Source: a virus
Taxonomy: Duplodnaviria > Caudoviricetes
Length of the DNA stretch: 32,066 nucleotides
IMG/VR virus record: IMGVR_UViG_3300015050_000746
Span: 1 to 32,066 of that record
Direction: 5' to 3' (one strand)
Shown: piece by piece, positions 15,693 through 21,896 of the stretch
How the letters are laid out: each line of letters starts with the position of its first letter
How positions within the stretch are numbered: the first letter of the stretch is position 1
Program-made: the position numbers and the translations under genes
Notes under the pieces: generated by a model
The model's database searches: none
Told to the model about the DNA's origin: nothing
The model's input: the letters and a program-made list of their open reading frames with translations, nothing else

Positions 15693-15787
15693 CCGACGCA
15701 TTGATCGCGGGCGCTGTTCTCCTCGCGCTGCTGACCTTGGCCTTCGTGGGGGCCTTCATCCAATACCTGAAAGGTGATGACCAATGA
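15689..15787 (+). CDS. 32-aa single-pass membrane peptide
   Basis: Not in the track. MTDALIAGAVLLALLTLAFVGAFIQYLKGDDQ; ATGA overlaps at both ends. Confidence 0.65.
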   Translation: MTDALIAGAVLLALLTLAFVGAFIQYLKGDDQ

Positions 15788-15990
15788 CCGACACAGAACG
15801 CGCTCCCATTCCCGCAGCCCCCTCGGACGTGGCTGGGGACATTCACATCCGCGCCGAACGTGACGGACTGCGGCTCTACGATGGTTTGCTCCGGCTGGAA
15901 GGCCCGTGGTCGGTTTCTGAATACCCGGAAGCCATGTCCGCGCTTCTCCGCGCCCGAGCCGCCCTTGCAAGCCTGAAGGGAGGGTCGTGA
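15784..15990 (+). CDS. Hypothetical protein
   Basis: 68 aa, coupled. Confidence 0.6.
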   Translation: MTDTERAPIPAAPSDVAGDIHIRAERDGLRLYDGLLRLEGPWSVSEYPEAMSALLRARAALASLKGGS

Positions 15991-16229
15991 TGGCCGTCGT
16001 TTCAATGAAAAGCGTCATCGAGTGCGATGAGTGCGCTGCGCGCTTTGTGACTATTCACGACGCCGCCTACGCTCCGCCTTCCGGTTGGAGCCTATGGGAC
16101 GTAGCCGAGGACGCCGTTCGGGGAGGCTATTTCGAGGGCGGCTCCATCTTCGACTCTTGCAGCGTGCAGGACGGGAAGATGCTTTGCGCTCCGTGCACCA
16201 AGAAAGCTGACGCGGAGTCTGGCCAATGA
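15987..16229 (+). CDS. Small Zn-ribbon-like protein
   Basis: CDEC...LCAPC; GGAGG RBS. Confidence 0.7.
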   Translation: MMAVVSMKSVIECDECAARFVTIHDAAYAPPSGWSLWDVAEDAVRGGYFEGGSIFDSCSVQDGKMLCAPCTKKADAESGQ

Positions 16230-16414
16230 CCGCCCCCGTCTCTCCCTCCGCGCCGGTGGCTTGGCGACTGCGGCGTATCGGCTCTGAAGGCACATGGAAC
16301 CTTTGGGATTTAGACCCACGGATCGACACCCCGGCTTATGCGAACGCGGACACATGGGAAGTCCAAGCCCTCGCCGTCATCCCCGCACCGGGGAATAAAG
16401 AGGATGGGAGATGA
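16226..16414 (+). CDS. Hypothetical protein (PVAW motif)
   Basis: APVAWRLR...EVQAL, a pattern typical of Ea/Ead-region modules. Confidence 0.65.
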   Translation: MTAPVSPSAPVAWRLRRIGSEGTWNLWDLDPRIDTPAYANADTWEVQALAVIPAPGNKEDGR

Positions 16415-16590
16415 GTGCGGTTTTCATCTATCTGGCCATCGGGGCGGCAATCGTCGGCCTGTTGACTGATCGCATGGATGCGGACAGCCCGGTTGGGTAC
16501 GCCGTCTCTATAACGCTTTGGCCGTTCATCGCCATCACCGTTGCCGCTTCAATGCTCCGGGATGCCGCAAAGCAGTGGGCAAACTCATGA
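16411..16590 (+). CDS. Small membrane protein (59 aa)
   Basis: Not in the track. MSAVFIYLAIGAAIVGLL...SITLWPFIAITVAASMLRDAAKQWANS; ATGA overlaps at both ends. Confidence 0.7.
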   Translation: MSAVFIYLAIGAAIVGLLTDRMDADSPVGYAVSITLWPFIAITVAASMLRDAAKQWANS

Positions 16591-16895
16591 CCACCCCAGA
16601 CCGTGAACAGGCCCTCGGTGGCTGGCAGACGATTAACCTGAACGACAAGGTTCGTGTACGGTTGACGGACATTGGCCGCGAGCATCACCGCAAGAGGCAC
16701 GAAGAGATTTTCGCCCCCTTTGGCGACCAGTACCCCTACACGCCGCCGACGACAGATGCGGACGGCTGGTCCGAGTTCCAGCACTGGGAACTGATGCACG
16801 ACTTCGGCGCCAAGGTCGGGCTTGGCATGAACGTGCCGTTCGAGACGACAATCCAGGTTCCCGCACCCGTCAGTACCAATGAGGTGGGAGACTAG
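16587..16895 (+). CDS. Phage hypothetical protein
   Basis: NLNDKVRVRLTDIG...DADGWSEFQHWELMHDFG; ATG 16587. Confidence 0.75.
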   Translation: MTTPDREQALGGWQTINLNDKVRVRLTDIGREHHRKRHEEIFAPFGDQYPYTPPTTDADGWSEFQHWELMHDFGAKVGLGMNVPFETTIQVPAPVSTNEVGD

Positions 16896-17170
16896 AAAGG
16901 CCACCACCAAACGCGATTCTGACTCTCCGCAATAGCGACGACGGCTGACTTCTGAGTGTCGCAGACGCGCAAGTCACCGTCTCCGGTAAGGATGGCAGCA
17001 GATAGGTCGCCAAGCGTCTGCGCTCCCGTCAGATCGCCCACCGTGCTTTCACAAGAGGCTTTCAGGCTATCAGGAATCCGAATGTTTGCCGCCCCTCCGC
17101 ACCCGCTCAAGGCTACGCCCGAAGCCAGCAGGAAGGGGAGTGTCAGCGCCTTCGATCTTGTCGGCTTCAC
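16892..17170 (-). CDS. o-spanin (Rz1-like lipoprotein)
   Basis: Signal peptide with lipobox LSGC and two further Cys; overlaps the i-spanin 3' end by 101 nt in another frame; last gene of the lysis cassette. Confidence 0.8.
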   Translation of the reverse strand: MKPTRSKALTLPFLLASGVALSGCGGAANIRIPDSLKASCESTVGDLTGAQTLGDLSAAILTGDGDLRVCDTQKSAVVAIAESQNRVWWWPF

Positions 17171-17378
17171 GTTGCTTTTCCTCTTGCTCTTGGCGGATGA
17201 CAGGGGTTTCCGCCGCTACCCGGTCTAACTGCTTTCCAACCGAACCGGCTACCTTCGCCTCATTACGAGCGGAAGGCTTGTTGCACATGGTCAGTACGGC
17301 CAGCACAAAGCACAGCACAACCACGATAGCGCCGATCTGGACGATGCGGATAGCGGTCTTGTCTAGCCCGAACATCAC
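17070..17378 (-). CDS. i-spanin (Rz-like)
   Basis: N-terminal TM helix followed by a helical periplasmic region; directly after the endolysin. Confidence 0.8.
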   Translation of the reverse strand: MMFGLDKTAIRIVQIGAIVVVLCFVLAVLTMCNKPSARNEAKVAGSVGKQLDRVAAETPVIRQEQEEKQREADKIEGADTPLPAGFGRSLERVRRGGKHSDS

Positions 17379-17800
17379 AGCACCAACTCAAAGTGCGGCG
17401 AGTCGCTCTCGCCCTTCTCACGCGGCTTGCCGTTCCTATTCCAGTCAGCACCCCATCGGATTGGGGTATCGAGCGTGTCGGCAGCGGCAAACATCGCCTT
17501 GGCAACCACGTCCAGCTTCTTGTGCGACCAGTCCACAGGGAACGGCACCAGATCGACCGCATGGCCATATCCGGTCTGTGCGTTCTTGAAGTGGTTGCTG
17601 TTCAGCGTCCAAGTCACCTTCGGACCCGGCTTGGTGCGGCCCTGCGCGTAAAGCTCTTTCTGGCGTTCTGGCGTTCTGACGCCCTCAAGCACCATGAAAT
17701 CCTGCTTGGTGAGTTGAATCGCCATCTCCACGACGGCAACCAACTTCGGATGCACACCGATTAGACGTTCACGGGATTTCGGGCCTAGCGCATAGCTCAT
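17375..17800 (-). CDS. Endolysin, M15-family (L-Ala-D-Glu) peptidase
   Basis: GVHPKLV, EGVRTPERQKELYAQGRT, SNH, GHAVD, RWGADW, DSPHFEL. Confidence 0.95.
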   Translation of the reverse strand: MSYALGPKSRERLIGVHPKLVAVVEMAIQLTKQDFMVLEGVRTPERQKELYAQGRTKPGPKVTWTLNSNHFKNAQTGYGHAVDLVPFPVDWSHKKLDVVAKAMFAAADTLDTPIRWGADWNRNGKPREKGESDSPHFELVL

Positions 17801-18006
17801 AGGTTATCCGTCGTGGTTTGAGTGGGAGGGTCGCCAGCCGTTGTGGTTGTCGTCTTGCCGGAGCCTCGCGCCATCCATCCGCCGATTGCGCCAACCGCAG
17901 CCGCAGCCACCGTCTCGCCGTCACCGTGATTGATAGCCACCACCCCAATCAAGCCAAGCGCGACCAAGCCTGCAATGGCCGTTATGTCTATGTGCCAATC
18001 GTTCAC
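17797..18006 (-). CDS. Holin-like two-TM protein
   Basis: GTG 18006 overlaps the upstream TAG; two hydrophobic helices; immediately upstream of the endolysin. Confidence 0.6.
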   Translation of the reverse strand: MNDWHIDITAIAGLVALGLIGVVAINHGDGETVAAAAVGAIGGWMARGSGKTTTTTAGDPPTQTTTDNL

Positions 18007-18194
18007 TACGTCAGCCCCAACGCCGCAGAGATTTTCGGGAGCAGCAGCGTCAGGACAGCCCCCGCCCCAACCGCCATGCCCATCTGCCACCGCTGGACCT
18101 TCATTACCGCCTCCAGCCGCTCCTCCAGCTTGTCGGCACGGTCAGTCAGGTGTTTGACCTCGTTTGCCAGCACTTCCAGCGTCGGGCCGCTCAT
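18006..18194 (-). CDS. Small coiled-coil protein with C-terminal TM (lysis-associated)
   Basis: EVKHLTDRADKLEERLEAV...WQMGMAVGAGAVLTLLLP. Confidence 0.7.
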   Translation of the reverse strand: MSGPTLEVLANEVKHLTDRADKLEERLEAVMKVQRWQMGMAVGAGAVLTLLLPKISAALGLT

Positions 18195-18676
18195 CGGCCA
18201 GCATCCGACATAATGCCCAAACCGCCGCGACTAAGCAGACGAGTGAGAAGCCTATCCAGACCATGACCCACCCCGACACACCCAAGGGCCAAGAGTTGAA
18301 CGATGAAAAACGCATTGATAGCCACGACATACAGATACAGCCCGTGCTGCGTCATCGTGCCCAACTTCCACATGGAAATCGCCACGACGTGTAGCATAAG
18401 TTGCGCCACCAGCGCAGCCACAACGATGACTTTCCACGGCTCGCGGTTTTTCACCCACGCCCGGTAGATCATCACCGCAAGAAACACGTCCAGCACCGGC
18501 GCGGCCAGAATGGCCTCTGGAAAGCCGTACAGCATCACCAACAGGTTATTGATGACGAACACGATGGCCAGCAGAGTGCTAACCCCTACCAAGTCCGCGT
18601 ACTTTTCCGGCCTTGATCGGTAGGCTAAAAAGCTGGACGCGAACACCGCGACCGTGGCGATCAGATACCAGATCAC
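18191..18676 (-). CDS. Multi-pass membrane protein (~5 TM), unknown function
   Basis: 161 aa, almost entirely hydrophobic, with intramembrane N, D, Q and H residues; GTGA-coupled to the upstream gene. Confidence 0.8.
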   Translation of the reverse strand: MIWYLIATVAVFASSFLAYRSRPEKYADLVGVSTLLAIVFVINNLLVMLYGFPEAILAAPVLDVFLAVMIYRAWVKNREPWKVIVVAALVAQLMLHVVAISMWKLGTMTQHGLYLYVVAINAFFIVQLLALGCVGVGHGLDRLLTRLLSRGGLGIMSDAGR

Positions 18677-18915
18677 GGCTTGACCGGCTCATCGGGGTCG
18701 TCAACTGGAGGCTTGTCATTTCCTCCGCTGAAAGCCACCACGTTGCCGTCATTGGCCGTGTCAGCGATGTAAGCGGCTTCCGCTGCGCCTAGCGCATCGT
18801 GCAGAGCGCGGGTCTTTTGCAGGACAACCCGAGCGGCTTGCTTGGCTTCCTTGGCCGCGTTTTCCAACTCGGTAACGGCTTGGCCGATGGCGTCGATATG
18901 CGTCTGAGCAGTCAT
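18673..18915 (-). CDS. Small helical protein with FSGGNDKPP tail
   Basis: 80 aa; strong GGAGGA RBS. Confidence 0.8.
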   Translation of the reverse strand: MTAQTHIDAIGQAVTELENAAKEAKQAARVVLQKTRALHDALGAAEAAYIADTANDGNVVAFSGGNDKPPVDDPDEPVKP

Positions 18916-18927
18916 GGTATCCTCCAG

Positions 18928-20526
18928 TTAGGCGACGGTAACGACAGCCGTCCATGTGGTAGTGCCGTTGGTATTGACGTACATTCGGTCATTGATGCCC
19001 GAGCCGTCAGAGCGAAGGTAAAGCGAACCCTTCGCAGCCGAAAGCGTCGGAGCGCCTGACCCGAAGAATACCCCGAAGTTGCTCGTTGACGAAACTTTCA
19101 GGCCTGCACCTGCCGTGCCTCCAGCCGGGACAGCCGTGCCGGAAAGCATCTGAAGCGAGCCGGTCGCGGTCACGTCGCCGGTTGAGTTGCTAACCCGGAA
19201 CCGCTCAGTCCCAGAGTTGCTGAACACCACCGGGCCGCCGACGTTCAAAACGGCGTTTCCGTAGGCAATACGCGCGCCGACACCATCATCAAGCTGGACA
19301 TAGGCAGTTGTCCCAACGCCGTAATATCGGTTAGACGCCCGAATATCGCCCGTCACACTCAGCTTGTCGGAGTCGGTCGTGTTGCCGATGCTGACGTTCC
19401 GCGAGCCATGAATACGGATTGCTTCCGTGCCCGTAGTGGAGAACGCCAGCACGTTGGCGGACGGGGACCACATCCCAACATCAAGGTCACCCGTGAAGCT
19501 GTAGGCAGGCGCACCCGTCGTGCCACGCGCCGCAGAAACCTGCGTGTCCACGATGACGTTTGCCGCTTGCGCGTTGCCGGTGAACACCGCGCTAGGCATA
19601 TTGAGAACGCCAGCGCCGCTCACATTGCCAAGCTCGGTGTAGGTGCTGCCCGAAAGCGAACAGAACTGAAGGAGCTTCTTGGCCGCGTTTGTCGTGGAAA
19701 TCGACATGACCTGATCGGCCTGCGTCGGCGTTTGGCCAGAGTTGTTGAAGTCGAACGTCTTTCCGATGCTAGACCCGGCTTCATAGCCGACGAACAGAAG
19801 GCGGTCGGAAACCAGGCCCTCCCACTCAAACCGACCGTTCGCCGCGATGTGAACGAGCGCGGCTCCGCTTTCGACGGAAAAGCGGTTGCCGCCGAAGCCT
19901 CGGATGACAGCGGCGCTATTCGGGTCGTTTGCACCGACTTGTGTGCTGTTTTCCCAATACCAGCGCAGGACTTCAGCCGGACCGCCCGTGCTTGGGTCGA
20001 TCAGGCTGGTAAGCGCCATCTCCCCCGCGTTGCCCGTGCGCTTCATGCCACCAAGCGACGTGCCTGCCGCATTGGAAATAATCGTCTCGCCGGTCTTCAG
20101 GACGCGGTGGATGGAGTTGCCAGCGATTTGATAATCGTGAAACCGAGACGTGGCGTTAGATGCCGTGTCGGTGACATTGACATCCAGCGCGGTGAAGACC
20201 GTAGTGCCTTCGTTCCACGTCTGCGTTGCGACAACCAACGGCGCGTCAACAATGGCCGTGCCGCCCGCAAGGGTGATAGCGGGGACATTGATAGACCCGT
20301 CCGTAATGGCGGTTCCGTCAATCGTGCCGCCCGTAATCGCAACCGAATCTGCGTCCTGCGTCGCCATCGTGCCAAGGCCAAGCGCGGTTTCGATATAGTC
20401 CGACAGAATAGCGCCCGTGACCGTTTTAAGGGGTCCGGTAGAGCGCCACGTTGCAATCAAGTCCGTGCCAACAACATCGGCTTCGGTTGCGAGGTCGGCG
20501 TAAGTCTGGCGGGGAGGCGTCGTCAT
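18928..20526 (-). CDS. Tail fibre / receptor-binding protein
   Basis: G/T/S/A-rich; LGLGTMATQDADSVAITGGTIDG, PAYSFTGDLDVGMWSP, GNTT...KLSVTGDIRA; C-terminal GSGAPT..AAKGSLYLRSDG...MYVN domain. Confidence 0.85.
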   Translation of the reverse strand: MTTPPRQTYADLATEADVVGTDLIATWRSTGPLKTVTGAILSDYIETALGLGTMATQDADSVAITGGTIDGTAITDGSINVPAITLAGGTAIVDAPLVVATQTWNEGTTVFTALDVNVTDTASNATSRFHDYQIAGNSIHRVLKTGETIISNAAGTSLGGMKRTGNAGEMALTSLIDPSTGGPAEVLRWYWENSTQVGANDPNSAAVIRGFGGNRFSVESGAALVHIAANGRFEWEGLVSDRLLFVGYEAGSSIGKTFDFNNSGQTPTQADQVMSISTTNAAKKLLQFCSLSGSTYTELGNVSGAGVLNMPSAVFTGNAQAANVIVDTQVSAARGTTGAPAYSFTGDLDVGMWSPSANVLAFSTTGTEAIRIHGSRNVSIGNTTDSDKLSVTGDIRASNRYYGVGTTAYVQLDDGVGARIAYGNAVLNVGGPVVFSNSGTERFRVSNSTGDVTATGSLQMLSGTAVPAGGTAGAGLKVSSTSNFGVFFGSGAPTLSAAKGSLYLRSDGSGINDRMYVNTNGTTTWTAVVTVA

Positions 20527-20534
20527 TTCGTGAC

Positions 20535-21689
20535 CTAGAACTTGATGATGAACAGCAGCGCGATGTTGCGCGGACGGGTTTCGGTGCCGCCAGTCGAAGC
20601 AGTGTCGTAAGCCGTGATTGTCTCGCCAGCCGTGTTGCCGGTCGTGGTCAGGCCGGATGCAGAGTCATTCGTCGATGCAGCCGGTTGGACGCTGTGAACG
20701 TGCGCCTCAAACTCATCCGCCTGCGCCGAACCGAACGCCCGGGCAGGGTCGATGCCCCGGCTATCATCCCAACCACGCGCGAACTCACCGCGCATATCCG
20801 GCACGTTAAAGGTCGTGGAACCGTCGCCAGTCCCGAACACAGTGCCGATAGCTGCAAACAGCCCCGCATACGTCGCCCGCGAGACAGCCGCACCGTCACA
20901 CTCTAGCCAGCCGGTAGGGGCTGCGTTCGCGCCGTGCATGGTGATCGAGCCGACAGGAACCGCCGCAGCCCACGTTCCCGCCGCGCTGAGGAACTTGGCT
21001 GCAGCCGTGTCGCCAGCAGCCGGAGCCGGAACGAGGCCCTTCGTCCCGCCCGACCCGCTATCACCCACAACCGCGTTGAGAATGGTCGTGGCCTGCGTAG
21101 CCGTCAGGTCTTCAGGAACACCCGTCCCCGCCGTGACCCGACCCTTGATCGTCAGCGTAGCCATGTTGGCCAGCTTGGCGTTGGTGAAGGACGCATCGGG
21201 GACCGTGACGGTATCCGTGAACGTCGCGGGGTCGTTGAACGTAGCAGGGCTTTCAAAGGTGCTTGTGGCCGTCACCGTGAGCGTATCGCCCGCAGCATCG
21301 CCTAGCGACGTGTTGCCGGTGACCGTCAGCCCCGTAAGCGTTTGGGTTCCGACAATCGAAAGGCCGGATGCGTTCCACGTTGCCGCAACCACCCCGCCGC
21401 CAACCAAAGCGCCGGTGTTAGCCGAGGGGAAGTAAATCCCCGTGTCCGTGTCGCCAATCACACCGAAGGACGGCGTTCCAAGCGAGCCGCCGCTAACCCG
21501 CACCCCTTGGGCAAACGGGATTGCAAGCGTCGTGGTCGTCTGGCCATCCGATGCAATGGACTGCGTGATAGCCGTCGAAAGGTCCGACAGCAGCGAGTTC
21601 CAGTCGTCCGACAAGATGGTTTGCCCCGGAATAGCGGGGTTCCAAGTGCTTGCCGGTGCGGTGTAATTTCCAGAGCCGTTGCGTGCGAT
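20535..21689 (-). CDS. Tail fibre with C-terminal tail-collar domain; probable non-canonical ATC start at 21689
   Basis: Collar motif PVGSITMHG..APTGWLECDGAAVSRATYAGLFAAIGT.FG.GDGSTTFNVPDMRGEF and ETRPRNIALLFIIKF. The frame extends 25 codons above TTG 21614 to AGGAG-8 nt-ATC-ARNGSGNY. Confidence 0.88.
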   Translation of the reverse strand: MARNGSGNYTAPASTWNPAIPGQTILSDDWNSLLSDLSTAITQSIASDGQTTTTLAIPFAQGVRVSGGSLGTPSFGVIGDTDTGIYFPSANTGALVGGGVVAATWNASGLSIVGTQTLTGLTVTGNTSLGDAAGDTLTVTATSTFESPATFNDPATFTDTVTVPDASFTNAKLANMATLTIKGRVTAGTGVPEDLTATQATTILNAVVGDSGSGGTKGLVPAPAAGDTAAAKFLSAAGTWAAAVPVGSITMHGANAAPTGWLECDGAAVSRATYAGLFAAIGTVFGTGDGSTTFNVPDMRGEFARGWDDSRGIDPARAFGSAQADEFEAHVHSVQPAASTNDSASGLTTTGNTAGETITAYDTASTGGTETRPRNIALLFIIKF

Positions 21690-21722
21690 GACTAAATCTC
21701 CTGCCCGTGGTAGGCTGCGCCC

Positions 21723-21896
21723 ATGGATTTATATGGCGCTTTCATTGTGCTGCTCGCCGGTTTGCTGGTCTGGCGTTCTGAGTGTCGGGCTGAGAGAATC
21801 CAGCGCCTGTACGACCAGCTCCGGGACCAGCAGCCGCCTGAAGCGCCTTTGCAAGCGCGCCCGCGTCTGGTGTGGAAGAACCCGCAGCAGCAGTAA
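21723..21896 (+). CDS. Candidate antisense 57-aa membrane-anchored protein
   Basis: MDLYGAFIVLLAGLLVWRSECRAERIQRLYDQLRDQQ...; preceded by ATGACT-N17-TAGGCT-6 nt-ATG. Confidence 0.4.
   Translation: MDLYGAFIVLLAGLLVWRSECRAERIQRLYDQLRDQQPPEAPLQARPRLVWKNPQQQ

Noticed and set aside
19408-20538. 376-aa plus-strand ORF
   Set aside because: Shadow of the tail fibre gene.
18928-21689. Diversity-generating retroelement or invertible fibre cassette (as in BPP-1 or Mu)
   Set aside because: No reverse transcriptase, invertase, template/variable repeat pair or flanking inverted repeats were seen.
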